Assembly (NCBI RefSeq): GCF_006345805.1
Contig: NC_043007.1
Span: 51,336,001-51,400,000 of the forward strand
DNA length: 64,000 bases
From: Octopus sinensis
Lineage: Eukaryota
Reading direction: 5' to 3'
Positions 39,646-53,850 of this stretch are shown in pieces. Position 1 is the first letter of the stretch, and the number at the start of each line of letters is the position of its first letter. A model generated the notes under the pieces. It had not been told where the DNA came from, ran no database searches, and saw nothing but the letters and a program-made list of their open reading frames with translations. The position numbers and the translations under genes are program-made.

Positions 39646-39909
39646 TCTTGAGCGCTGGTGGTAACATGTAACCCAGCATAACCTATCACATAGCCTAAAC
39701 TGACAACCCACTCTTGGTGAGGCGGGTGATCGCTGGACACCCTACGGAACAAAAATTAAGACTCGTCAAAGGGTGGAGGAACTCGTAAGTAATCAACGGC
39801 CATTCAACAATGTGTACATATTTGTATAACGTTCCTTAATACATACATGCAAACACACACAAACACACACACATACACACACACACACACATACACACAC
39901 ACATACACA

Positions 39910-39954
<45 letters not shown>

Positions 39955-40243
39955 GTTTTTGTTTTACAACATTCCTGATTCGAAATCATGTGTTGAAATA
40001 GATGTTATATCCGAGGATGATCATATTTTTTGCCAATTAACCACATGCACTACATATTTGGTCTTCATTTCAGTTTTATTAGTCTTTATATTTTATTGTC
40101 CCTTGTCTGAAATCTTTCGTCGCACACTTTGTGGCCTCTACAGCGATTCTCCATCCTACGTATCTCCTACTTTCAAGAAGTGACACGTTGGACGGAGAGT
40201 CGCCGAAGAGTCACAGGATGTGTAACAAAAGCGCACTAAAATA

Positions 40244-40336
<93 letters not shown>

Positions 40337-40428
40337 CCAAACAAGAAGAACAAACATGAAAAAAGAACAACACAAAGACATGGTACAAGTAATGTATTAT
40401 CAGACGCTCAGGAAACGAAAGAAAGAGG

Positions 40429-40463
40429 ATTTAACGTTTCGAGTAAACCTCTTCTTCAGAAAT
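40429..40463 (-). ncRNA. Minimal hammerhead, family A variant
   Basis: ATTT-CTGAAGA-A-GAG(GTTTA)CTC-GAAA-CG-T-T-AAAT. Stem I ATTT/AAAT versus GTTT/AAAC at 276. Confidence 0.7.
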
Positions 40464-41282
40464 AGAGAAAAGTCCGAAAGAAGGGAAGACGGAGGAAGGA
40501 AATCGCCAACGATTCACAAGTGGTTACATTTTGAAATAACCGGAAGGGAATGGGTGAAGAGAAAGTTCTAAGACAGGAGAGTGCCAGAGAAGGAGGTATG
40601 TGTGGGTATGTGTGGGTATGTGCGTGCGCGGCGCAGGTCTGTGTATGTGTGTGATAATAGCACGTGTGTATGCGTGCGCGTGTGTGTGTGTGTGGTTTTG
40701 GCTGTTTATATGTGTGTGTGTGAGTGGAATTTGTGTCGCTTAATGTCGTAGGAAGAATTTATAGTAAGAATTTATGGTAGGAGTTGCTGTCTTTTGTGTA
40801 CTGGTGTCCCTTCACATGTGCGTAGAATAATTGTTAGTAGAAAGGTCTTTAACTGGTAGTTTGAAAGATGTGTGTGTGCGTGTATGTATATGTAGTGTAT
40901 GTGTGCGTTTTGTATGCTGCGTCTGCCTACGTTTGTGTGTTCATGTGTGCGTATGTATGTATGTGTATATGCGTGTGTGTATGTGTGTGCGTGTGGTTGT
41001 ATATGTAGTGTATATGTGCGTTTTGTATGCAGCGTCTGCCTACGTTTGTGTGTTCATGTGTGCGTATGTATGTGTGTGTATGTGTGTGTGTGTATGTGTG
41101 TGCGTGTGGTTGTGTGTGCGGTTGTGGCTGTGGAGTAAATATGCGTTACTCTGTGTGTGTGCGTGTGTGTGCGTGTGTGTGCGAGTGTGTGTATGTCCAT
41201 GTATGTATATTGTGTGCGTATATATATAAATATATATAGACATATACTCTTTTACTCTTTTATTTCTTTCAATCATTTGACT

Positions 41283-42179
41283 GTTAGATATAGAATTTTA
41301 ATGTGAATGGTGTAGGGAGTGTATAGGTGTTAGTGGTGTTCTGTATTAAGTTGTGTGTTCATATTTAGTTGGGGGAAATATTTATTGATGAAAATTGCCT
41401 CTTTATTCAACCTTTGTTGCATTGTGGTGTTCTGTGAACATTGATAGAAGGGGAAGATTTGGAAATTAGGATTAAGATTCCTAGCACACCTTTCTATGTG
41501 GTCACTAACCTGAACACCACAATGCAACAAAGGTTGAATAAAGAAGCAATTTTCATTAATAAATATCTTCCCCAACTAAATATGAGCACACAACTTAATA
41601 CAGAACACCACTAACCCGTCAATTAACACCACTAACCCCTATACACTCCCTACACCATTCACATTACAATTCTGTATCTAACACAACTGCACTAAATCCA
41701 GAACTACTTACCTCCCTTACAAATAATCTTTTTACTCAGGAACTATTACACCTGACACCGTTCATTAACCGGTGTTTATTCAAAGCAATGTATTCACTCT
41801 GAGTAAAAAGATTATTTGTAAGGGAGGTAAGCAGTTCTGGATTTAGTGCAGTTGTATTAGATACAAAATTGTAATGTGAATGATGTAGGGAGTGTATAGG
41901 GGTTAGTGGTGTTAATTGACGGGTTAGTGGTGTTCTGTATTAAGTTGTGTGCTCATATTTAGTTGGGGAAGATATTTATTAATGAATATTGCTTCTTTAT
42001 TCAACCTTTGTTGCATTGTGGTGTTCAGGTTAGTGAACACATAGAAAGGTGTCCTAGGAATCTTAATCCTAATTTCCAAATCTTCCCCTTCTATCAATAT
42101 TCACAGAACACCACGATGCAACAAAGGTTGAATAAAGAGGCAATTTTCATCAATAAATATTTCCCCCAACTAAATATGA
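41283..42179. mobile_element. Nested inverted repeats of a Penelope GIY-YIG endonuclease C-terminus and 3' UTR
   Basis: HIERC...FQIFPFY...QRLNKEAIFINKYFPQLN on both strands. Outer palindrome 41359-42179 with loop 41740-41798. Each arm is itself partly palindromic. Confidence 0.8.
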
Positions 42180-42351
42180 CGAAACCATGGTATGCTTTGA
42201 ATTTCTTACTTTTTAATCATCTCATAATAATGACTTTTATTACTATCTCAGTTCACCTAATTGTATATATCTGTCGTTACCTTTCATAAAAAGCCTTTCC
42301 TTTTTTATTTATATTGTGCATTTTCATTGATTTCTCTTATTTTCAACCTAT

Positions 42352-42497
<146 letters not shown>

Positions 42498-42603
42498 CAC
42501 ATATACATATATATATACAGTAGAATAAGGAACAGAAAGCTCTTGGTACAATATTATATATTTGAAAAAATGAATTAGAAATGGCTTTCCTGATAATTTT
42601 CCC

Positions 42604-42672
<69 letters not shown>

Positions 42673-43139
42673 TCATATTTTAGCACTCTTTTGATTATAA
42701 GTTTACATAAACATCTAATTATAATTATTAAAGTGGTAAATTATGAGAAAAGGCATTTCTATTCTTTTTTTTTCAAATATATATATGCTGGGCGTCCGTA
42801 TAATGCACATCACTATCAATAGTGATGTCATAGTTGTAGTAGTAGTGATTATTGTTAGTATTATCAACGACATTATTGTTGTTACTATTATCAGTACTAG
42901 TATTCATTGTTATCCTTGCTATTACTATCATCATTTACATATATTCATTGCTTGTATCTATCACTTTGATCGTGGCGTCACCCGAAGACACAGAGTAAGA
43001 AATATTATGGCAGCAACGTTGTACAATTTACATAAATATGAGCATCTGAAAGTGAGAGAGTGTGCGTATATACTTAAGTATATGTACACTGTAAGTACCT
43101 ATGAACGTACACGCTCTCTCTCACACACATATTTGCGTG

Positions 43140-43174
<35 letters not shown>

Positions 43175-43282
43175 CGATATCATGTATATATGCCAATACT
43201 CATATAAACACAATGAAAACTTTCTACATACGAAATATTATATGGAGCTTTGTCTGGATCTTGTATTAATATCATTATCCTT

Positions 43283-43338
<56 letters not shown>

Positions 43339-43691
43339 GGTGGTTGTGGTGGTGGTGGTTGCTGCTGCGGCTGTTATTCTTGTAGAGGCTGACGTTTTTG
43401 CTGTGTGTCATCCATCGGTGGAAACGTGTTCTACAGTAACGAGTCAAAGATACCGGATCGATAACCACAACTGTCGGCGCCATGATGTCCCTTCGTTTAC
43501 CATTCTAACTTTTCTTTCCATGTCACCGATAACCTCTACAACACTAACATTAACAGACCAATTTATGATAGCTACCACCACGGTCAACAACAACTTTACC
43601 ACTATCGCCTCATCATAATCACCAACAATATCGCTATAGTCAACATCAGTGAAATCATCATTACCACCGTCGTCGTCGGCATCACCACCGA

Positions 43692-43722
43692 TATTATTAT
43701 TATTATAATTATTATCATTATT

Positions 43723-43819
<97 letters not shown>
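43692..43819. repeat. (ATT)n microsatellite
   Basis: Long trinucleotide run. Others at about 44916-45046, 54590-54645 and 55136-55205. Confidence 0.95.
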
Positions 43820-44760
43820 CCAATACTTTTATTTTTATAGCGTGCTATCACTTCACTACGGAGCGCAGCTCTGTGTGCCTTGGTTATGTGCTGCAGCTTG
43901 CTGTGATGTTCTTATGATTACTGTATTGAAAGTGTTTTGTATGTTATATATATTTGTAAGTCCTGGTGTTTTTGCTATGTATTTGTCTGAATATTTTTTT
44001 ATCATGCCTAATGCACCTACTATGATAGGAATTGTTTCTGTTTTTAGATTCTACATTCTAGTTACCGCCATTTCCAGGTCTTTGTATTTTGAAAGTTTCT
44101 CCATTTCTTTTAGAGAAACGTTGTCATCTGCTGGTATTGATACATCAATTAGAAACCTTTTTTTCTTCATGATCTCTGACAACTATATCTGGCCTATTGG
44201 CCTTAATTTCTCTATGGTTGCTTTCTCGTTTTGTAACCTTTTCTGGCGTGTGCCCATACCATCTTTTTCTGTTGTTATTCCATAGTGCTGACTTAGCTTC
44301 CAGTGTATGTAGGTCCCAACTCTGTCGTTGGGACCTACATACACTGGGCAGCCAGAGATAATATGATTTATTCTTTCTTGTCCATCTCCACATATTCTGC
44401 AGTTACTTATGTTTCTTTTCATTATATGTTTTTGCTAATTTCTGCTGGGGAGGTTTTGGTCTTGTGCTGCAATTAAAAATCTTTCAGTCTCTGCTTTGAG
44501 TCCTGAGCTTCTCAACCATTGCTGGGGTTTTTCTCTGTCAATTTCTTTTGCACTCAGTTTAGCCCAGTATTTGCCATGAAGGGGCTTTTCTTGCCATCGT
44601 TTTATCATGGTCCGTTGCTGTTCTAGTTTTAGTTTGGATATCATTTGCTTTATAGCTTTTGTTGTTTCTTCTTCTTCTTCATATTTGTTAGGTAGTATGA
44701 TTTCTTGATTTTATTTGTAAGTTTTTTGTTTTGTTCGTGTTTTGTGGATATTTGTATTAG
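43820..44760 (-). mobile_element. R4/Dong-like non-LTR retrotransposon 3' fragment
   Basis: WLRSSGLKAETE.FLIAAQDQ, CRICGDGQERINHIISGC (CCHC), ANRPDIVVRD...LIDVSIP.D.N...KYKDL, IPIIVGALG. The 3' end abuts (TAA)n. Confidence 0.92.
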
Positions 44761-44946
44761 TTTCCTTCGCTTCTGAAGTAGGTATTTTTGCAGTCCTATG
44801 GTAGTTATTTTATAATAGTTTTCCAGCTGTATAAGGCCTCTACCACCTTCTATACGTTGTATATATATATAGCCTTTCTATGTCAGATTTTGGGTGGTGC
44901 ATCCTCGATCATGTCATTATCATCATCATTATTATTATTATTATTA

Positions 44947-45048
<102 letters not shown>

Positions 45049-45084
45049 ATTCACAGTGACATTATGTGTGACGTGCCAGTTAAG

Positions 45085-45720
45085 ATAATCTTTTGCACTT
45101 CCTGTTTGGATGGTAAACCAGAGATCATTCTCAAATAATTTTCAGTTCTCTTTTTTTTTTTCTTTGATCATTCCAAGTGTTCCTACAATCACTGGTATTG
45201 TAACCATCTTGAGATGCTACATCTTTTCGATTTCGATTAGCAAATCTTTATATTTTCTGAGCTTATCATATTCTTTTGCCGAGATATTATGATCACGAGG
45301 TATGCTCATGTCAATAAATAAACAGACTTTATTGTTTTGGTCTTTCACAACAATATCTGGTTTATTAGTTTTGATGATCATGTCTGTATATACTGGAAAT
45401 TCCCAAAGAATTGTTACATTTTCTCCCTCAGTTACAGCCTCAGAGTGGTGCTTGTACCATTTGTCAGTAGTTTTAGTTTTATAATACCGGCTGGTTATCC
45501 AGTGTAAATTTTGGACAACTCTCTCATGCTGTAATTTATACTACAGGTGCTAAAGCACTAGAGATTAGGTGGTCCGCTGTTTCAATCTCATCGTTGCAGT
45601 ATCGGCACTTTGGGTCTACTCCATTTTTCATCAGACTGGCTTGATAGTTCTAGGTCAATAGCTCTGATCTTGGCAGGAAGGAATTTATAAACAGTAGAGT
45701 TTAGCACTTTCATTGTTTCA
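45085..45720 (-). mobile_element. Second, divergent R4/Dong-like 3' fragment
   Basis: KCRYCNDEIETADHLIS, ILWEFPVYTDMIIKTNKPDIVVKD...FIDMSIP.D.N...KYKDLLIEI. Lies next to the (TAA)n array at 44916-45046. Confidence 0.9.
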
Positions 45721-47004
45721 GAAGCTGGTGGCAATTCATGCGAAACACAAGACAATACGAGCTTCGTACGTAGACATAAAGTAGGGAAAGAGAGATAGAG
45801 AAACAGAAATGTAAAGATGAGGTGACGAGGAGATAAGTTGAGGTGAGAGGAAAGTGAAGAATAAGAACTTAGAGGAGGTGTACGAGTAGAAGGAAAACGT
45901 TCATTTAAATCTACCAGGGACATGGTTATGAGTTCGAATATGAAACGTTGTCCTTTCTGTGTCCTTTCGGTATGCGATCCATGGTTTCCGGATAATGGAA
46001 TGGCTTGTTGTATTCAAGTTGGTGGTGACAGATTGGTTGCGTATGCATAGTAGTGTACTTCGAATGTGTTTCAGAAATGTCATCATCCCCATCACCACGA
46101 TCATCATCATCACCATCTTCATCATCAACAACAATGTAATCAATATCATTGTTATCGTCATCGTCCTCGACATCATTATTTTTAAGGTCATCCTCATTAT
46201 GATCCTTATCCCCAGTATCTATGATTCTAATAAACCATTTACCAAAACCTGTATCCCACTACACAAGCACAAAATCATTCCAAGATAAAAACTAAACTTC
46301 AGTACAAAATCTGACTTTCTTTGTATTTGTTTACATAATACCAGATATTTTTTCCGTTATTATAACCACATAACGCGCCAAATACTCTTCTTCCCAGCCT
46401 TCTCGATTTAACTTTCATTTTTTGTATTTTGTTTTAATCTTTGCTTACCACTTTCTCATTCCCTATATTTTCTGTAGCTTTTACTTTTCTTTGCGATCTT
46501 GTTCAATATGAACTGTTTGCTCTCTTCCTTTTTCATTCTCTTTCGTTTATTCTTTCTTTGTTTTTCTAACGTTCTAGAACGTGCGCATCAAACTATAGAT
46601 CATATGAATCACCTGAACTTGTAAAGAATTTTAAGAAAGCTAAGTTTTAAAGATATATCTCAAACGCTTTTTCCTGCCTCATCTTCTTACCCACTTCTTT
46701 CGCCTTTTTTATATCGCTTTCACACTTTTATTGTTTATGTCTTATAATATAGCAGCTAAACTTACACTCTTTCACCTCTCACAACAACTACCAATCAAAT
46801 TGCATACATGCGACCCGCTTAACACATTTATTCACTGGTAACCAAATGAATTCTTTACTCTCTTTTTTTTTCTTCTTTTGAATAATGTTATAAACCATTT
46901 TCCTGGTTTTATCCTTTACATTATGAATGGAGATCTACGACATGAAACATAAAGTTATGAAATATGAAGCTTCATCAAATATCGGCATATACACACACAT
47001 ATGA

Positions 47005-47039
<35 letters not shown>

Positions 47040-47045
47040 TGTATA

Positions 47046-48431
47046 TATAATTAAAATAAGCAACAAGAATAACTTCGGTAATTTGGTACGATCGTTTCGC
47101 ACTACATCATTTTATTAAATGTTGTAAGTATTAGAACAGTTTTAAAATGCTGAGCACTCATCAGCCATTAATAGAGGTTTTCCATTAATACATAATTTTC
47201 ATATCAAGTGATAACATTATAGAGAAGGTAGATATATAGACAAAGATGTGGATTTAAATTTTAAGAACATTTAAGGTAGCGGAGTTTATCAACTGACTGA
47301 ATAATATTCAGTTGCTATGAGCTGTTAGAAGGTTCTGAGAAGAATGGACAATTGAAAGGAGACAAAAAAATTTTCTATTTATAGAAATAGGGGTGAAATA
47401 GATGTCAAAGTTCCATATAAAGAAATTTCTGTAGAGAGAGAAGGGTTGTCACACTACAGATGCCAATTACTAGGTTAATGTCAGATGGTTATAATGACCA
47501 CTCATAGAGAAAGCAGATATTTTTTTAAATTAATATACATCAAAATTATAATTAGCTGATAGGTTCTGAGTATTTTGATACGTTGGATTAAAGGAGAAAT
47601 TATAGATCTAAAATTTATTCAATTTAGAGAAAAATCTATCACTTATTATCAGTAGGCATAATACTTATTAATTGGGGACAAAAGTCTTATTAATCAAGTG
47701 AATATATTAGGGGTCAAAAATATATAATAGGAAAAATAGAAGAGGAGAAATCAAAGAAGAAAGGTATTCGTAGGTTTAGTAGAAGGTGATTTCTCCTCTT
47801 CCCTTTTTCCTATTATATATTTTTGAACCCTAATATATTCACTTGATTAATAAGACTTTTGTCCCCAATTAATAAGTATTATGCCTACTCATAATAAGTG
47901 ATAGATTTTTCTCTAAATTTCTCTCTGCTTTCTCTATCAGTGGTCATTATAACCATCTGACATTAACCTAGTTTTCCTAATGCTAAATCTGTTTACCAAA
48001 TAGTAGTAATTGGCATCTGTAGTGTGACAACCCTTCTCTCTCTACAGAAATTTCTTTATATGGAACTTTGACATCTATTTCACCCCTATTTCTATAAATA
48101 GAAAATCTTTTTTGTCTCCTTTCAATTGTCCATTCTTCTCAGAACCTTCTAGCAGCTCATAGCAACTGAATATTATTCAGTCAGTTGATAAACTCTACTA
48201 CCTTAAATGTTCTTAAAATTTAAATCCACATCTTTGTCTATATATCTACCTTCTCTATAATGTTATCACTTGATATGAAAATTATGTATTAATGGAAAAC
48301 CTCTATTAATGGCTGATGAGTGCTCAGCATTTTAAAACTGTTCTAATACTTACAACATTTAATAAAATGATGTAGTGCGAAACGATCGTACCAAATTACC
48401 GAAGTTATTCTTGTTGCTTATTTTGATTATA
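47046..48431. repeat. 1.39-kb palindrome of a Penelope-like family B 3' region
   Basis: Arms 47046-47753 and 47787-48431, 33-nt loop, with arm-specific indels and substitutions. Confidence 0.95.
48310..48393 (+). ncRNA. Type I hammerhead with extended stem II (mirror copy at 47084-47167, minus)
   Basis: TGG-CTGATGA-GTGCT...CATTTTA...TAAAATG...AGTGC-GAAA-CGATCG-TA-CCA. GUA site after 48390. Stems I and II are weak. Confidence 0.65.
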
Positions 48432-49623
48432 ATCACCCCATGGATTTATATGGATAACACCATACAAAATTCTGGTGCATATAACTTAAGTACCATATTC
48501 ATTTGAATCTAAATTTTGCTGAACTTATACACACATATATATATATATATAATAATTAATTTAATTTATAATTAATAAACTTATTCTAAATTAATAGTAA
48601 CCTCTGTAGGTGTGTGAAAATGTGTATGAGTACGTATGTATGCTTTTGTACATATAGGTATGATCGTGGGTGGATGTACGGATGTATGTTTTTATTACAC
48701 ATATGAGCACGCAGGTGCGTACTTGGATGTGTATATATGTATATGCGAATATTCATTCATGGGTGGATATAAATATAGGTTTTATTTGTACGTATGAGTG
48801 CGCGGATATATATTTAAATATATATATATATATGTGTGCGTAAGTTCCCTGACACAGTATAGGAAAGTGTATTAATATTTATGAGTATATGCGGATGTGC
48901 GTGTGAGTGTGTGTGTTAGTGTTAGACACTACTGCCTGTACTGATTTGTCTATAAGCTATGCGATGACAGACATGCACTCTGTAATTTATTGAATGTGTC
49001 GAGATGTATTCATGTGTGTGTGCATGTGTGTGTGAGTTTCTGTGTGGATGTGTGGGTTTAGGGTTAGATGTGGATGTGTATGTTTTGCTTGTGCGGTGTG
49101 ATGGAGGTCGGGCGGCTCTCAATTGACCAAAAGTGAGGAAGATAATGATAATTTTAAATTCAAATCCAATAGTGTATTTATGTCATAAGGAAAATTACTA
49201 ATTGGAACCCGGACATACATATATACCGCTCTGGATCCTAATGTAAGCGTTATTAATAATGTTATGAATGATTATAATAGTAACATTAATGGTATTGACA
49301 ACGATAATGATGCTAACTTTAATGACACTTTAGAAATTATTATGAAGTAATATAATGTACAATTGACTATGTATATTTGCATCTAGTTACTAATTTGTGT
49401 ATGTTTATTATCAAAATATTAAGTCGAAAAACTGAGACATTGAATGTGGAACACATATATATGTTTACTAATTTATATTATTTATTTATATCATTATGTA
49501 TATGTATATTTTTATATGTATAAGAGTGTGAGTATATGCACTCATATGTATATGTATATGTTGTATTATGGATATGCACCCACACCCATGTGGGTATATA
49601 TGTAGACTGATTTATATTACATA

Positions 49624-49750
49624 ATCTCCGAAGAGGCCTTATGATATTTTTGTAAATGTCTCATTTATATCTATATATTGACCAACCATAAAGGGCTAAT
49701 ATTGGTAAAATGAGACATACTTATCTACATGGGCGAAACAGCTGTAAGAT
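49624..49750 (+). ncRNA. Type I hammerhead with U4C core variant
   Basis: ATCT-CCGAAGA-G-GCCT...GGGC-GAAA-CAGCTG-TA-AGAT, with inner helix TGTCTCATTT/AAATGAGACA and palindromic stem III. Confidence 0.65.
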
Positions 49751-49973
49751 GTAATCTATACTTATACTTATATTTACTTATATTTATATTCTCTTTTATA
49801 TATATTCTACTTATTATACAACATTACTCTTTTATGTACACTTTTTTATGTACATTCCTTTATGTACACTGATTTGTTCTGCTTTTTATATTTAACCCTA
49901 CAGTCTCTTATGTGATTGAGTATTATCTGGTAATTGATATTTGATTTAGATGTATTTCTCCATTTTATTATCT

Positions 49974-50043
<70 letters not shown>

Positions 50044-50981
50044 TATAGTAATAACGATAATCCATGGATGAAATGTCTTAAAATTTTACGCATCGGTACG
50101 TGTATTTACACAAATAGTTAGCCTTTTGTGACCATAATCCGCATACTTGGGATGATTACCTTGGTTACAAAGAATTATTACCATCGTAGGCATTAAAGCT
50201 TTGAGATATTTTTCCAGTTCTGTACAATTTGATTCTCAATATCGCATTTTATCATTTCAGGATCAATAAAATAAAGAGCCAGTCAAGTAATACAGTCCCA
50301 AGAACAATATACTTCCTTCCCCCTCCCCCACTAACTGCCATTACCCAAAAATTGCTAGTATTGTGCCTAAGTCGGAAACAAGTGTTGAACTGGGACAATC
50401 GTTAGAAAATGTTCAGCAACCAACACAACACAAATCACAAGACAGTAAGGGGAGGGGGTGAAATAAAATTTGGAGTTTTCCATCTCTTAAATGGATATAC
50501 CAATTGCCAGTAGGAGTCCATTGCTCCGATGTGGTACTATTGCGTGTTTTTTCACCCTCGCCAGTACTTTGATGCCCTTGCGCTGTATTACTATGAAGTC
50601 ATTGGCCTATAAGATGATCTGTAGCGTCGGTCAGTTGCAATAGAAATGTATGAAGCAGAGACTCCCTCTATTTTAAGATTTCCTCTTTCCTAACGAAAGC
50701 TGATAATGTTAGGGGACCAGCGTGAGCGTTTCCATAAGTTTGTCAAACTACATGCTCGAATGAAAGTCTTTATCAAAGAGGAATTAACACTGCGATGCCA
50801 AATTTTGTCCATTTTCAAGAGAAGTCGGTACTAATTACTTTTGAAGTCAGATGTTAGTTTACCTGGAAAGAAACAATGCGGTTATAAATAAGGGGAGTTG
50901 AAATTAATGCATGCAAGATTTCACAGCTCTAGCACCACACCTTCACAGTCAGCCAATGAACTTTTCAGACTCTCTCTGTCA

Positions 50982-51039
<58 letters not shown>

Positions 51040-51806
51040 ACCTATCTATTTATCTATCTATCTATCTCTATGTATCTATCTCAATCTCTCTTCCCAATGT
51101 TCCCTCTCCCTCTTTCTTACTCTCTCTTCTTCCCTTTTATGAAGCCGCTTAATTCTATGAAAATCCCTGTCAAATCATATCAAATGAAAAAGAGAAAAGA
51201 CGAAAATTTCTGTATGCGCGCGCGCGCGTGTGTGATGAAAGGAAATGCACAAACTAGGATCCGTAAATCAGAGATATTTCCAGTCTAGCTATGTAGCTTT
51301 GGCCGCACATAGTGATCTAACTAAAAGTTCAGTGGTGAAACTACTGTATTTTCAATGACGACTCCAATCCGTGATATGGTTATGTAATAAGAAATTACAG
51401 TTTCTAAAGTTCAATTCTCTATAACTTCCGACCTAACCACTTTTATCTAATACCTTTTCAACTTCTTTAACACCTTTTTCTTCCTTTCTTTTTTTTCATT
51501 TTCTTTTACTAAGTCGGCTGAGGGCGTAACTGACTTATATCAAGACTGGTGTCAGTCGGGGTCACGTAAATCTGTCAGATTTTTTACTGTACGACATCTT
51601 TGCCTTTTAAGTACAGTTATTTCAATGTAGCATAATCCTCTTTTATGTCATTAAAATGTACGGTATAGACATAAGACGATAGACTTTTACGTGAGTGAGC
51701 AAACTACCTGTGTAACATAACTCATCTCAATCGCCCGGACATTGGCGGGGAGGATGGTGTTACTCGCTATATAGAATAATACCAGGAGTAGATACTTTCA
51801 AACCAG

Positions 51807-52034
51807 ATGGTTGAAACCTCTAATCCAGGTGATACCACTCTGAAAATGTTCAACTCCTACAAAGATTATCTTGAACACGTGACAGAAGGGCTTGGAAGGG
51901 GATTATCAAAGCTAGCTGAAAATGCAGAACAAAATTTGTCAACACTGTACAACAGCTACATAGTGTTCACAAGAGGTGTTAACATTTCTTATAAGTTCCA
52001 TATCCTTGTCGCTGTAAAACTTGTAGTAAGATAA
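51807..52034 (+). CDS. Possible coding exon or ORF of unknown identity
   Basis: 75-aa ORF in non-repetitive sequence with protein-like composition, preceded by ttcaaaccag (possible acceptor). No family recognised. Confidence 0.25.
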   Translation: MVETSNPGDTTLKMFNSYKDYLEHVTEGLGRGLSKLAENAEQNLSTLYNSYIVFTRGVNISYKFHILVAVKLVVR

Positions 52035-52329
52035 GTATGTTGATAATACACGACCACGGATACGTTACGGCAATATGGTGAAAGACTTTCAGGCGCTATA
52101 AAGAATCTGTGTAAAGGGTTCAATATATATATGTACAGAGAGAGCGAGAGAGAGAGAGAGAGGGGGGGGGGTTCGGGGCAAATTCGACGATCTTTTCAGG
52201 AACATGTATTGGTGAACTGTCATCGGCATAAAGATCAAAGTTGTAGTTGAGAAGTTAGCTGACATGGATGATTCGTACCGCTTATCAAAATGCCGACATC
52301 AATGCTCTCTGGACACAGTAAAGGCTGTA

Positions 52330-52800
52330 AGTTGTGACATGCACATGCAACGGTGATTACGAACCTCTAACCAGCAGGAAATTGATGGTCTTCGCGTGTG
52401 TTTCCCGTAAGGGTGACGTCATGCTGCCTAGCATCTTTGCCTAGCGATTCCTTGACTGAAAATGGTTGCTGTCGGAAGGGCATGTGTGACAGCAGGGTTC
52501 GGCTTCTTGCCATACTCCCGGAAATAGTTAGAATTGATTGTCGAGGATTTTCTACGAGTTCACTTGTCCCAATTTTTGGTCTGCTAATTCCCCCGATTAT
52601 TATCCCATGTGTTACTGTGTGAGGTGCGATTGAGAAAGACCACAACTGTTTTATCAGCAACACCAAGGCTGAGCTGGCAGGCAAGATCAACGAGGTGTTC
52701 GAAGATATTTCTAGAGACACGCTCAGGAACACATGTGCTAGGTCCGGAGCTGTCTTAAGACTCTGCTGGGAACTGGGGGCAGCTACTTTGAATAAACTAT
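52330..52800 (+). mobile_element. maT (DD37D-type) transposase remnant
   Basis: QQGSASCHT...FYEFTCPNFWSANSPDYYPMCY with 37 residues between the two mutated catalytic positions. C-terminal KINEVFED...RNTCAR. Confidence 0.8.
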
Positions 52801-52949
52801 TATCGCCCAGTCATAATCTAGTTTGCATTAAACAAAGCGACCATCAGTCACTGATTTGCAACAAGCAAAATAGCTTGTTGGCTCATCCTCAGTCGCAAGT
52901 ACCTGTCTCGTATTGAAAACCCATCAGGTTTGCTTATTTGCATATTTAC

Positions 52950-53850
52950 CATTGGAGAGGTGAAGACACTTTGGAATTGTCTGTTTAGCACTTCAAGTAT
53001 CCCCTGGGTCTGTAGTTAGTGAGCCGTCTTCTTCAAACAGTGTGCACCGAGGCAGATTCTTTCGCAAACTTGTAGAAAACTTTAGGATAAATTTTTATAT
53101 TTTTCGACTCCCTGATTTTTTCTTTCTATCCTTACCGTTTCATGGGAGAGTTTGAGTTTATTTTCGATCTGTAAAAGTGCCTATTTGAGGAGAGATTTCT
53201 TTTTTGTCAGTAAGTTGTTATATTTAAGCGATTGAAGATCTTTATTCTCCGTCTCATACTTTTGGACCATACCTCATCAGTTTTATCATGTGATCTGAGA
53301 AGATTGTTGGTGATATCTTCACATTCTGGATTAAGTTCCTCATTGCTGTTGAAGCAGAGGTCTGATATGTTATTGTTTCTGGTTGGGAAAAGTATGGTTT
53401 CCTCCATGAACAACATTTTCCTGTGATCAAGTAGAGATTCTGCTTCATTGCGCTTTTGCGTTCCATTCCCATGATTATATAACATTCCGGCCATCTGATG
53501 CTGCGCTGGTTGAAATCACACATCAGAAGTATATTAATGCATTGATCTAGTTTTGTTAGTACTTCTTTTATCGGCATAAGGTTCTCCTCAAATTTACCAT
53601 TGTGATTTGCGGCATTGGTTTGGCGATTAAGTATGCATATTACCACATCAAGTTGCTTCAGATGCACTATGAGTATGTAACAGACTAAGCTTGAATGTAA
53701 CAACAGGGTTAGTGGTGTAATATCTTTACAGATGTACAACGCAACTCCATCTTGACTCCTTTCTCTTCTGTCTGCACGGAATACTGCATATGTGTGTCTC
53801 TGCATCAATTATACCTGTAGACAGATGTGTCTCCTTGATTACATGCAGAA
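52950..53850 (-). mobile_element. CR1/Jockey-group LINE APE endonuclease remnant
   Basis: YAVFRADRRERSQDGVALY, ILLMCDFN, PTRNNNISDLCF, IFSDH. Confidence 0.85.
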
